Source of the DNA: Perkinsela sp. CCAP 1560/9
Lineage: Eukaryota; Protista; Euglenozoa: Kinetoplastea
DNA: 64,000 nt
NCBI GenBank assembly: GCA_965644495.1
Contig: CBFFSA010000002.1
Location: forward strand, 930,001-994,000
Direction of reading: 5' to 3'
The translations under genes were made by a program, and so were the position numbers. The notes under the pieces are model-generated. The model ran no database searches and was not told the DNA's origin. It saw nothing but the letters and a program-made list of their open reading frames with translations. This document shows positions 1 through 12,788 of the stretch, piece by piece. Positions within the stretch are counted from its first letter, which is position 1. Every line of letters begins with the position of its first letter.

Positions 1-3000
1 AAAGGAAAACACACGTCTTCGATAGGTGGAAATCTGTATTGCATAGATTCGGAGGCGGTGTTTGGTACTGAGGTGCGCTCGTGTTCTCGTTGCAGGAAAA
101 GCGTTAGACTAGGAGGCATCCCATACTTTTCGTTTAAGAACGACTTGGACTTTGGTCTGAATTTAAGAGATCTCCGTTTGCCAACATTGGGAGTTGTCGA
201 ACGATCGGCCATATGCCGTATTCTGAATTTCCAGACGCTCTGTGAAATTCGTCATGGGCGGAATTTTGAGAAAAAATTTTGAAATCATGTTATTTCATTG
301 TTTTCAACAGGACCTCAGGACATAGCTCAGATTCTTCCAGCTACTGAACAGAGGGTGTTTGTGACATTTGTCGGTGAACAAACAAAAAGGAAAGCTGAAA
401 CAGATGCTTCCCTACAGGCATATTTCTCTGTTCGGGCTGACGCTACAAGAGCTTGGCTTTATTTTCTTAAAGAACACAATGTATTCTACTCAGATATTCA
501 CATATCGGAACAGAGAATAGAGGATTTGGTGAACGAAAGCAAAAGAATACTTGAAGAAGCAACTGTTGTCAACAATGCCATTTCAGTGGCAGCTTCACTA
601 TTAGCTCATAAACGAAACGCGATAGAAGAAGAAAAGTCGGAGGTAGAAAACGTTTTACTATGTGAACCTCCCCAACGAAATGCTGAGGATGAGATAGTCG
701 AAAGCCTAACAAACCTCATAAAAGGTAATGACCAAAGAAGGCACCATGCCAGAATTCACGTTACAAGTGCAGCTAAAGAGTTTAACGAGAATGACAAAAT
801 TTTGGGAACGGGGTTTCCAGATCTTTTTCCAGTTCTTTCTGAAGCGTCTGCCAATCTCCTAAAGCGCCCCCTTACTCCTGACAGCGGCCTGAAGCATTTG
901 TTGTTGCAAAAAGACCCTCGTTGGTGCAGAAACGGAAATTTTGGTTTCTTACATTGGGATCAAATCAGGCGCCATTCCTGAGCTCGAAGTGTGAGGGTCA
1001 AGCCCAATATGTGGAAAAAAGCAAAGAAACTTTTGGAAAAAGAAAATATAATTGTGCAGTTGAAGGAGGCACAGAAGGACCCTCAACGAAAGGAAAATCG
1101 TAAGCTTCTGTTGGAAGCATGCAATGTCCTGCATATTGTAACTGGTGATGTTCCATTTTCCGACGCAGCTCGGAATGCGTGCTTTAAACAAATGGTGGCA
1201 ATTCATGGGTTCATGGGTCATCCGACACTCTACGCCACCGTATCCCCATGCGATCCAGATATGAAAATTACCCTGGAATACCTATGCGCCTCTTCAAAAA
1301 GCGTGCAAGAGGATTTTCTAATTGACGATGCGTACCAAAGAGTACAAAAAGTGCGAGATCACCCTGCATATGCAGCGCAAACATTTCATTTAATTATTGA
1401 TGCGTTACTTACCACGATATTTGGTGTAGTCCCGCACAAACGATTTAAAAAATCAGGCCAATCGGTCAGTGCTATTTCAGAAGAAATGCCCGTCGGAATT
1501 TTCAAGATTATGAAGGGAATGTTTGGGGTGGTTGAGACACAAGGTAGAGGAAATTTGCATATGCATATTGTTATATGGGGCATCCCTCTCGCTGAGTATG
1601 CTTCCGAAAAGATTCATATGGAATCAGAAAGAAACAGTATAAGCCAATTAGTTTCTGATTGGATGACGGTTTCCGTGCCGTGGGATAAAGGAGATACGAG
1701 AAGCGCCGGGGGAAGAGTGGGGTTAGAGCCATGCCCGCCATTCGATAATCAGAAAGCCATGGATATCAGAGAGCATCGAGTTGCATCAACTGTGCAACAG
1801 CATGTGCATACGGAGAAATGTTTCAAAAATATAGGTGTAGCGCCAACAAAATGCCGATATGCATACCCACGCCAGGTTACGCCATTGAATGCTTTTTATT
1901 TGTTAGAACAATCAAGTTCTACACCAGGAAAAGTAGTGGCAAAAACAGTTTCAGAAAATATGGCGGCCCGTGCTGAAAGTACAGAGCCCTCTTTCTTTGG
2001 TTATATGTCACCCGACTTTCGCCCTCTATTGTACTTGCCTAAGAGATCATCAAGGGATAAAAATACTGCAGAATACAATTCGATCATGTCCTGCCTCCTT
2101 GGATTCAATACAAATGTTGTTTTTCTCGGATCAGCTTGCGTTGCAGCGATAACTACTTTCTATCTTTTTAAATATTTGTCCAAAAACTTGCTTGATATCA
2201 ATACTTGTATTGGGGCAGTTCAAGCAGCAAAACACAAAGAAAAATACGGAAGCCGAAGATCGCACGAGAATTCAGCAGACACATTGCTCTGCAATAGGCT
2301 TGGAAATAGTCAACTAGGAATGCAAGAAGTGTCGGCCCAGCTGGCCATGTATTGTTGCCTTGGTTATGAGTCGGAAGAATGCAGCCATATAGTTTCCTGC
2401 TTGGATGTACGGCAGGCATCTAAATTAATGGTCAAAGGCGTTTCAGGAGTACAGGAAGACGAAACAGAGACTGATAGCGAAATATCAGATAATGAAGGCC
2501 TCTCTGATGTGATTGTAAGGGATGATGGGTCTACTGAAATGTGCAGTAAGGCTCTGGACTATTACTTTCGAGGCACAGAACTTGAGTTCTTAAATTTTTA
2601 CCTTTACGACGCCACTATTGCGAGAGTTCGCATATCATCAGTGAAAACAATTGGTAAAACCAAGAAAGGGAGATCAAGAAACACTACATTCGCATTCAAG
2701 AAAGGACATCCGCTGATTGAAACTTTTACTCAGCGAATACGGAGCAAATATGTTATCCCATCTCCAGGGTATATACCACACTGGCCACATCTCCGGGATG
2801 TCGCTACAGATTGCGATCATTCTACAACTGTTTTAGCAAAAAAACACGCGAAATATTTTTCTGCCCTTATGCGCCCCTTCTCAAAAGATAAGAAAATATC
2901 ATATAGGCTAAGCGACTGGAAAGAGTACTTGAAGATACTCAAGGAGTGTAGTGAGGGAAAAAAGGTGGAAGGAACGGAATACCCTCCGGAAATTTGCTCT

Positions 3001-4639
3001 TTCTTAATTAAGATCATCAATAACTTGAGAATCGGAATTCAGGATTCTTCCTTTGAAGAACCAAGATGCATGATCAACATGTTTAGGCACCAGGAAGCTA
3101 CTACTTATGAAGAATGGAAATCAAAAGGCTTAACAGAAACAGCGCAAGATGTTGCAGAAGCTACTGGGTGTTTAGAAAAAGAAGCTGCGGATGGAATTCA
3201 GGAAGCGAACGATCTCCTTGCACAACATCAAGCAAATTCGAAGAAAGGAAAGAAAAGAAACGTTGAAACTGAACTTTTCTTGGTTGAACTTGAAGATCAA
3301 GTAGAAAGGCTTTTGAAAGATACATGGACATCGGATCAGAGAACGAATCATTGCTATGCTGCGCCTCAGAGCATCGGCGCAATGAGTACATCCTGTCGCG
3401 ATAACTTCGACAACAAAACATACAAGTTTCAGATAAAGGTGTCAGCTGGGAAATCCAGGAGGATAATTTCAAATCAAACGCCTGATCATGATATTGATGA
3501 GCTCAAGCAAAATAATGCAACGCAAGAAGATGTATTGGAAAGTTTGAATCAGAATCCGTTCTCGAAAGCCCGAGTTCTTAGTATAAACAAAAGTGTTGAG
3601 CTCATTTTTCGTTTAGGTGAAAAACATATAAGGAATAGGTCTCTCGACAAAAAGTTGGATAAGGATCAAGAGCAATTCGTTCTCAACACACTAAAGCAAA
3701 CAGAAAACCATATAGGATTGTCAGAAGGATACAAAGCCTTTCTACATGGAGGTCCGGGGTGTGGTAAAAGTGAAACCAGCCGATGCTTTATGGAAGCCAA
3801 GAACGCTTTCCGCCCAAGATCCGTACTTGCCTTCGGATACTCGGGGGCTTGCGCTGTCAACATTAATGGGGAGACCATACATTCTGGATTCTGTTTCCCA
3901 GCAGCGTGGAGTAAAAAGAGTAAGAGCGCTTTCCTAGATTATCTAAACCCTCAGAGGCTGAAAAAGTTAAAAGAAAAATTCAATGGCGTGGATACCGTTT
4001 TGATCGACGAAGCATCGTGTGTGTCAACTAAGACTTTGTGGCAAATTCATCAAAGACTTTGTGCAGTTTCTGAGAGCCAAGCAATATTTGGCGGGTTTTC
4101 CATAGTCATGGTCGGGGATTTTTTCCAATTACCCCAAGTACGAACTTCAGGCTCATCACTGGTCTACGGTGCTAGCTGCAGCCCCCATTCATGTACATTA
4201 GGAATTAATGATTTTGTTTTTACGAATCTTACCACCCAACATAGAGCAGATGGAACAAGTTTTTTTTTTTTTTTTTGGAGATGGAACAAGTGAAAAGGAC
4301 TTTGAACATCAAAGAATGCTGATGAACTTGCGGGATCCAAGCTTATGCGCTTCATCATTTAAGGGTTTCTTAAAAAACGCCCAGTATGCTACTGATGGGA
4401 TACCAAAGAATTCATGCATGCTGGTGATCACCAACAGAGAAAAAGAAGTACTTTCAAGACTTCGGAGTCAGGAATTTGCTCAGGAAAGAGGCATGTCCGT
4501 ATTGGAGCTCTCAATAGGAGGCGCTAGGTATTTTTCTGTTCCTGGGAAACCCGTGATGTGCCTAGTCAACCTATGCCCGCAGAGGCGACTAGTGAATGGT
4601 ACGCTAATGATTGAAGATGAAATCATTGTAAAGAACGAG
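1..4639 (+). pseudogene. Helitron Rep/PIF1-helicase (copy A), disrupted; runs into the assembly gap
   Basis: ORFs 58-282, 298-981 and 991-4293 share one frame, separated by single TGA codons. HUH Rep motifs: PTLYATVSP, VETQGRGNLHMH, YLFKYLSK. PIF1 motifs: GGPGCGKS, LIDEAS, GDFFQLP, QHR. Continues in another frame after a poly-T insertion at 4261-4278. Confidence 0.9.
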
Positions 4640-4839
4640 NNNNNNNNNNNNNNNNNNNNNNNNNNNNNNNNNNNNNNNNNNNNNNNNNNNNNNNNNNNNN
4701 NNNNNNNNNNNNNNNNNNNNNNNNNNNNNNNNNNNNNNNNNNNNNNNNNNNNNNNNNNNNNNNNNNNNNNNNNNNNNNNNNNNNNNNNNNNNNNNNNNNN
4801 NNNNNNNNNNNNNNNNNNNNNNNNNNNNNNNNNNNNNNN
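4640..4839. other. Assembly gap (200 N)
   Basis: Run of N. Confidence 1.
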
Positions 4840-7563
4840 CCTCCACGCACGTGATCAAATACTACGCAGGAAGCGCCACGGAGGCTTCGGTCTCAGATCG
4901 TCTACACTGCACGCAACGGTAGCATACGTTTCATCTGTCGCTCACGCCGCCGACATGGACGACTGGGACCCCTTGGAAGCTCAAGGATTTACTACCTCCG
5001 TGCAAGACGTAAACGATAAAGCAGGCGCAGCGCTTTTGGACCCATGCACAGGACGCACTCCCAAACAAAACAATCCTCGCACAGATTCTGATCTACGTCA
5101 TATCTTGTCCTCGCAAGGCAAACGCCCTCGGCGAACACAGAATCCAGGCTAAAGTGGACGAGGGAGATACTAAAGGCACCTTTGGAAAACCACCACAAAA
5201 ATGCAACAGTATCTCCCGTTAAAGATTCTTTTGTCCCATCCGAATCCTTTACAAATCGGGAGATACCGTTCCAGTTTCGAGGTAGTTTTCCAAAGGTGCC
5301 TTTAGTATCTCCCTCGTCCACTTTAGCCTGGATTACATAGCCATCCGAACATGCTCCCTATGGCGCTTTACAGATTCACATGCGAGGAAGTCGTCGTCGC
5401 CGCGGCAAAAAGGCAGAAGGCTCCGCCTTCTGCCTTTTTCCCTTGCGCCTCCTCCTTCCTCTAAGGCCTTGCGTGTCACACACTTCCAGGTAAATTTTGG
5501 ACTATGTAGGTTGTATCGGAACAGGGTGGAGAAATATCGAATGAAGCCAAAGCGTATACACGTATATCAGGCCCGAAACTCTAAAAAAACGGTCTAGGAG
5601 TTGATTTGGGAAAAAATTATTCTTTCGCTTTCGCCCATAAATTTTTTTTTTTTTTTTTGAAAATTTCAAAAATTGCTATGATCACCTTGATGGGTGGGGG
5701 CAGGGGTACCCATCGGAATTGTTGAAAAACTAGTGATCTCGTCACTCAATTCGATTCATACGTCTGCATTTTTTCCTTGCGCCTCCTCCTTCCTCATCGG
5801 CCTTGCGTGTCACACACTTCCGGGTAAATTTTGTACTATGTAGGTGTATTATCGGCACAGGGTGGAGAAATATCGAATGAAATCAAAGGGTATACAGGTA
5901 TAGAAGGCTCCAAACTCTCAAAAAACGGTCTAGGAGTTGATTTGGGAAAAATATTTGTTTTCACTTTCACCCACAAATTTTTAGTTTTTTTTTGCATAAT
6001 TTCAAAAATTCCTATGATCACCAGGGTGGGGAGGGGGGGGCAGGGGGTACCCATCGGAATTGTTGAAAAACTAGTAATCTTGTCACTAAATTCGATTCAT
6101 ACGTCTTTGTATACATTTTTTTCGAAAACTGACCTAAAACGATATCGGGCACGAAATCGGGCCACAAATCGGGCACGAAATCGGGCACGACGAATAACCT
6201 ACGGTAGCGAGGGAGTAGTATCTCCCTCAATAAAAAGGGATCAGAGAAGACGGCCGAACCGGAGATGATTATCCCTAGACAGCAAAAGCACAGCCAAGTC
6301 ATTTCCCAGCAAGAATTTAACACTGCATACGAGAAGGCTGACCCCCGCACACGTGCAAGATGGATATCAGAGTCCGGAAAAGGTGCCGGGAGCTGGGGTT
6401 TCGTGACTCCTTCGCGGACCAAGGGATACGCTTTCACTCCCACAGAGTTCCGTACCTTATCCCGCTGGTGGTTGGGCATGGATGTCTATCCAGAGGATCG
6501 ACCAAAGGATGTGACTTACCACTCCTAAAAAATGGGGAACACGCTCTGATGTGTAAGAAAGGACACGGCCTCATCACCCGCCACAATGCGGTCTGCCAAC
6601 AGTTCACCTCCTTCTGCAGCAAGGCCAATATGGCTCCTCAAAGGGAAAAAAGTCACGGAAATCGGGGACCTGGAGGAGGTCTCACCGGACCAGGCGATGT
6701 TTTTCTTCCCAACTATGAACTGGGAGGTGGCATGGTTCTAGACTTCGAAGTCACCCACGCACAGCAATTGAAGTATTTGGGCTCAGTCCGTAATGCTAGC
6801 TGGGTGGCTGCGGGGTCTTTTGCTGAACACTTCTCTGAAACGAAAGGGAAACAGCGCCAGGAAGCGGAAGCAGCTCAGTTACTGTTCACAGCGATGGTTG
6901 TTGAGTCCTTCGGCTCATGGAGCAGAAGTGCCTTGACGGTCCTGTGGAAGGTGGGGGCGTTGCGTGCCAACGCGTCGAACGGTCTTTTGACAGACACTCA
7001 GGCACGAAACATCCTTTTGCAAGAGCTTAATGTCACGTTGATGCGTTCCCGGGCTCGGATGATGGTCTCCAGGATAGTTGTCAGTGACCCTAACGACCCA
7101 CTTGAAGGCGCTTAGGGGCATGGAGAAGGCGCCATGCGCAGGGCCACATACCGCTGGCCCGGGTGCTGGTCGAGTCGACAGAGTCTATCTCCTCCCCGTC
7201 GGCCAGCATCCTGTTTCGCGACCGTGTCGCTGTCGACACAGGCCCGCGCCCTCCCGTATAACAAGGGAAGGGTCCACAAGCCAGGCCGTGGAGAGGTCGA
7301 AAGACCCGGCCCGGAACGCGCGAATGGATTGGGTCTGGATTGCTTGTTTTTATTGTTATTGTTATTATTGTTCTCATACTTACGGGAGATCGAATTGCTA
7401 GTTTTGGGCTCCAAAATATGAAATTGCTAATTTGATTGCTCGTTTTAAAATCGTATACCCCACCCGATGGACCTATAGGGTTCAAGTATTGGGTAAAAAT
7501 ATAGAGGCAATGCCGCGTTTCATGCTTCTCCCCCCTTATTCATCGCAAAAAAAAAAAAAAAAA
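4840..7563 (+). mobile_element. CRE/SLACS-like non-LTR retrotransposon 3' part (RT C-terminus, RLE domain, structured 3' UTR, poly-A), decayed
   Basis: HGGFGL; HALMC..RHNAV; PGDV..D RLE motifs in ORFs 6265-6528 and 6360-7115; A-tract 7547-7563; near-identical to 43254-45972. Confidence 0.85.
5144..6228 (-). mobile_element. Non-autonomous hairpin-ended element, family 2
   Basis: ~53-bp inverted arms at 5141-5334 and a small hairpin GAGGGAG..CTCCCTC at 6209-6228. AAT on both sides; removing the insert restores the host frame RRTQNKKGSEKTAEPEMIIPRQ. Internal ~330-bp direct repeat. Confidence 0.85.
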
Positions 7564-7650
7564 TTGAACCTGGCGAAAAAAATGGCAAAAAAATATTTTG
7601 CCAAAATCGTTTCCCCTATTGTATTTTGATAGTTTGGAAAAAAAAAATTC

Positions 7651-8029
7651 CATGCACCACTCCATGTGCGTTACATGCACAGGGGCGAAGATCTTCAAGA
7701 CCTGGACCTGTATTCCTATGCAGGCATTGTCAGCGTAAAGAAAAAAAGAGCTGAGCTAGCTCAAGAAGAGCCGGATCATGATTCAGATTTTGAATCAGAG
7801 CCAAATCGCGGACGTCGTGCTAATGGGAGATACGCCTTTGAGGACATTAAAGGCCTCCCGGAATTCGAGCCTGGAGATATTGTTGAGCAACAGGTGCGCT
7901 CTTTGCACACTGTGCCAGATATACCAGGTTTTCGCATATTGAGTTCTTCAAAAGAACCTGGGACACGAGCTCGAAGCCATCTTCGAGTAGCGAAACACAT
8001 GGTGGCATTGTTTTCCCCATGGACGAAAA
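7651..8029 (+). pseudogene. Helitron Rep fragment (duplicate of ~17125-17510)
   Basis: RYMHRGEDLQDLDLYSY...FSPWT is near-identical to part of ORF 16557-19379. Confidence 0.9.
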
Positions 8030-8422
8030 AAAAATCATAAAAAAAAATCATCAAAATCATTCCGGATTGCTCCGGATGGTCACTGGCAAGCCAGATCCTT
8101 CACAGACAGATTTGGAAGTTCCGAGGCCGACGTCCTCTACCAGTTTCCGCTTGTCCAAGCCGGCAACAACGTGCTGTTGCCAACAAGCTGCGTCGACGAA
8201 CTGTACGTCAACACGGCTTACCCAAGAGGTTTAAGCCGGGTAAGGGAGCTGGTTCCCTGAGGGGAGGGTCCGGGACGGTCCTCCGAGTACTGGGCCTAGT
8301 CGGTTCTCAGCCCAGCCTCTTAGAGTGAGGCCGCCGAGAATATTGCGATGAGCGGGTTTGAACTCGCCGTCTGAGCACCATGTGCTTCAAACTTTGAATC
8401 CTTGCCACTCCGCCACCTCCGC
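8030..8422 (-). mobile_element. tRNA-derived SINE family A, full length
   Basis: Minus strand starts GCGGAGGTGGCGGAGTGG (A box) and has GAGTTCAAACCC (B box); 3' hairpin TCCGGA-GCAA-TCCGGA; TGATT-type tail; multiple copies in the window. Confidence 0.8.
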
Positions 8423-8621
8423 CCGGCTTACGCCTCTTGGGTGTGCCGTGTTGACGTACAGTTTGTCGACGCATCGTGTTGGCAACAGCACGTTGGTGCC
8501 GCCTTGGACAAGCGGAAACTGGTAGAGGACGTCGGCCTCGGAACTTCCAAATCTGTCTGTGAAGGGTCCGGCTTGCCAGTGACCATCCGGAGCAATCCGG
8601 AATGATTTTGATTTTTTTTTT
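8423..8621 (+). mobile_element. SINE A 3' half
   Basis: Matches 24135-24333. Confidence 0.8.
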
Positions 8622-8692
8622 GACTCGAAGAGACTTTCTAGAGTTCCTTCGTCGCGTTGTAGCAGAACAAGGCCAGCAAGCTTTAGGAGGAT

Positions 8693-10552
8693 CCAACCAA
8701 CCAACCAACCAACACTGGGAGAATTTGCCCAGTTAAAGGATTTACAATTTTCTCCTGAACATTTAACCTTTCAATCCAACCGCGCGGAACTAACTTGCAG
8801 AAAATTTTTCGAAAACAAAACAGACTTTTTATTTTATGTATCCTAATCATTCGATCCCTATGACACTTCAGTACTTAGCCTTCGTCTTCTGTATAAGTCA
8901 CTTGCCGATGTGAGCACGACAGCAAACGGTTCAATCCACTTTTTCTGAAACTTGCAACGATACAAAGAAAAATATTGGAACTAAATGCACCTCCTATGTG
9001 AAATTCATTTTTGCATAAGCATTAGTATGAAAGGTCACTTTTCATGCTCTGTCACGTTTACTTTCTTATTGCCCGTAGTTGATCGCGAACTTGACAATGT
9101 CTTCGTTGTCTTATTGATTTCCGTAGTCTTCTGTCGACTTTCGTTGTGTTTTTCGCCTTTTGTCACTTGGGTATCTTCCTCTCCTGTATCTTTTAATCGC
9201 TTCTTTTGCGAATGATTCGAACGCGCTTTTTCTAATATAATTGTATTTGGGCTGACTGTCCGTGAAGGCTCCGGGATAGAATCTTTATTTTTATGTTTTT
9301 TTGTGTTTACTACAGTTGAAGTCATGTTGCGCGGTGAATTCCTAGATCTTTTGACTGTATTTTGATCACTAGTTTCCTGATTATCGTTTTCATTGGACTT
9401 GCTACGGTTTCCGCGTATTTTAGATTTTGTAGCTGGGGGTTTTACGGTCGTTGTTTCCATTGTTTTGAGTTTGTTCTATTTTGAAACCTTGTCGCCTACA
9501 TTGGGTCTTAGTTAAGCGGGGTCCCTGATTCAGACCTGTCTTTCTTTTACTTTCCAGCATCAGTACTTCCCCGAAATACTTAACTGAGACTTCACGTTTT
9601 GCTAGTTCACATGCCTCTTTCGCCATGGAGTCGGCTGTGTCGTTGTATGGGTTTTCGTTATGGGATTTTACTTTTACGCAATAGAAATTTCTGTTCGTCT
9701 TAATATCAAAATAAGAGTCTCTCAGCAATTCCATGGTTTTACGGTTTTCGAAAGATTGATACCCAATGAGCCTATATTTATGAACTATTTCGTGAAAGAA
9801 TTCCCATAGGTGCTCCGAATCTGTGTGTAAGATAACATCTCCCTCATACGCCTTTGCCTCTTCTATGGCCTCAATTGCAGCATACGATTCGATCGATTGA
9901 ATTGAGCTGGAATATTCGGGAGGTGGTTTCATTCCTCTAAATTGTATGCGCTCGCGTCCTCGCAAGATTACCATACCGCATCCCTTGAGTTGTTAATTCT
10001 TTTTAAAGATAAGCGATCCGTCAGTGTAAATATGTGTTTCGTTCTCTCTAATGGGAAACGCCGTTTTTCCTTCTTCGATGAATTGTAGCTCTTTATACCC
10101 ACTGTGGTGAGCGATTGACGTTTGATAGCGTTTATCCCAAGACGTTGAAGATACTTTTATGTATGAAGGACGTGGTTCCAGCTCTTTCTGAAGTTTTTCC
10201 ACCAGCTTGCGCCAATCAGATCGACTTTGGCCCAATCGAAGTATTTCGGAAACATTAGAGTGTAGTTCAGCTGCGCATCTTTCAGACAAGGAAGGTTTTG
10301 AAGTTTCGTCATTCGTCCGCCACATTGCAGCCGTAAGAAACGGTTGAGAATGCCGTATCAAGTGCCCTATGAGAGAAGCGCGTTGTGTCTGGACCACCGT
10401 CGCTGGTTTTAAGTCGGTTGGATATAAAGAGGTTTCTCTAAGGTGGATGTCCTTCGTATTCTTTACACCGAAAACAACTCTTCGCATTCGATTAATCTGA
10501 ACCTGGACGGAGTGAAGCTCATCTTGAGTAATGTTCCAAGTTCCCGGATTAT
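8693..10552 (-). mobile_element. RTE-like APE-RT-RNase H retrotransposon, 3' fragment of a diverged subfamily, (TTGG)n tail
   Basis: LQFIEEGKTAFP..HIYTDGS, HTDS and KVKSH..N..AD align with the C-terminus of ORF 29935-34095; CCAA repeats at 8693-8713. Confidence 0.8.
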
Positions 10553-10728
10553 AGTATACCTTAACTAGTATACTTTAACGGTGAATTTTTAATACACGAT
10601 AAATCAAGAATACCACAATAGTGTTCATTCATTAACAAAAGAAATACGAAGAAATAAATGTAAGATCAACCTTTTTGTAAGATCAACCTTTTTGTATGAG
10701 TACTCATCGAAGGTGTTTTTGACTTTTG

Positions 10729-10813
10729 GAATATTGCGACGAGCGGGTTTGAACTCGCCGTCTGAGCACCATGTGCTTCAAACTTTGAATTATTGCCACT
10801 CCGCCACCTCCGC
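10729..10813 (-). mobile_element. SINE A 5' (tRNA-like head) fragment
   Basis: Matches the SINE A head sequence. Confidence 0.75.
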
Positions 10814-12048
10814 CATCAGAACCTCATCAGAACTTCTCTTCTTCTCTCTCATTTTAAAAACCATATTCCTTTTCCTGCATATTGGAAGAAAGAAACGGAC
10901 GCATGTGAGCATGCGTTGTTGTTCCGTTTATTTCCTGGAGATGCAGAATAAAATGTTGAATCACATCTTCTCTAGGCATTTGGCAACGGTCCGCGAGCGC
11001 GTATAGTAGATTGCGTGTGTTTTTATGAAGTGCCCCTCCGGCGAGCATCGGTATGCATTCGAATTGTCCTGATTCGATCAAACCTGATGCGACATAGGTG
11101 TTTTGCTTGCGGGAGATCGCGTCACGCATGAGTTGGGGCGCCTTTTTGCCTTGATGCGACGGGGCCAATTCGTGAACCACGGTAAGGTCATAGCATTTTT
11201 CTCCAGAAGCCCAGTAGATAACAAGGTCTGGCCCTGTGCGATGCATGCGTTGCGTAGTACACTTCTTCATGTGCTCATTTTTAAGACGTTCGGCGATTTT
11301 TTTGGAGCACTTCATACACTTGTAAGATGTGAACTGTCGTGGTTCGCGTTCAGCCGGCAATCCTGCTTTGAGGCACAGCCCATATCTATAGCGTACGAGG
11401 GCATTGTGCTTAGTTGTAGTGTTGATTCCCGGACATTTCGTACATGCAGGGATGTGCCGCAGTGCTGTGGCTGAGTCATATGTGACTTGACACCCCGGAC
11501 ATTGTACGTTTGGTGGTAAGTTCGGATGTGGTAGATTGAATCGCGGCAGTATGGCGAAAGTGAATTGCTGTGAAGGAACGAAACGTGCAGTGTACATCAG
11601 CCACTCGTGGTTCCCCTTTTCGCTTGCGGACAGGATGGCAGACGCCGTCTTTGTGTTCAACATGAGACGTGTACGAATGTTTTCGTGATATAACGCAGTG
11701 TTGGCCTTAGAGTCCGTAATCGAATTCTCGCCGACGGGTTTAGGGGCCGCTAATGAGCACCCCCGAGCTGGAATAAGATTAAAGTGCTCAAGAGAGATGC
11801 CTTTAGAGGTCTCGTATGCCGTTTGGCGAAAGGGTTCTCTCGGACTCAGGCCTAACCCACCTTTCTTTAGTGGCAGCCGCCTCCATGAAATTTGCTCGGC
11901 AGTTAGCTTGCGAAACTATAACTGTAATACGCTGTTAACCTTTTCGTCAAAATTTCTGGTCAGGTTAAGGGAGGCTTGTGGGGGGTGCACCCTTATGTGG
12001 TAATTTTGCCTTACATTAACTCTTTTCGATAGTAACCGTAGTGAAATT

Positions 12049-12762
12049 GCGGTGGTTGTATAACTACCGCTCTACCCTCGATTGCGGTGGTTGTAAAACT
12101 ACCGCTCTACACTCGATTATTGAAAAAAAAGTGAACAAAAACAGTGAAAATATAAAGGGGAACACAGTAATATAATAGAAGAAAAAAATATAAAAGGGGG
12201 CTCCGGTGGAGTAAAACTGAAAAAAAAAATTGAAAAAAATGGTGGGTCCATGGGGGGGGTCCAGGGGGGGGGGTCCAGGGGGGGGGGCATGGTCGAGCAA
12301 TTTTTTTCGAAAAAATTAGTTTTCGAAAAAAAACCGCAGAAAGGGTAGCCGGGGGCTTGGCGCGCATTTTCCACCCCCCTACCCGGGGGTGACCCCCCCG
12401 CGTATCCGCATGACGGGTCCGCCAAGTTCGGATTTTTTCGGAAAAAAAATTTTGAAAAAAAATTCAACTTGGCGAAAAAAGTGACAAAAAAAATATTTTT
12501 CCAAAATCGTTTCCCCTATTGTATTGTGATAGTTTGGGACCTACACTAGCTTTCTCCGCAGTAGTGTTCGCAAGGTATCCCTTCTTCGAACCGTGGTGCG
12601 CCCCTCAAAATGACCCATTTTTGACTAAAAAAGGTGAAAAAGTATTTTTCGAACCTAAAGAGGCATTTTTGTGTCGAAAGAATGGTATGGTTGGAGTCGC
12701 ATTTTCTACCCAATACGTTCGGCAGGCTTTCATTCATGCCTACGAATGATTTCCCACGCGCA
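12049..12762 (+). mobile_element. Family-1 hairpin-ended element, 3'-truncated, with duplicated 5' hairpin
   Basis: Starts ATT-GCGGTGGTTGT; contains the G-rich VNTR; homologous to 39225-40180. Confidence 0.85.
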
Positions 12763-12788
12763 ATTACAACCACCGCAATAACCGGATT

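Noticed and set aside
4208-5152. ORF fusing helicase to RT
   Set aside because: Spans the N gap; artefact.
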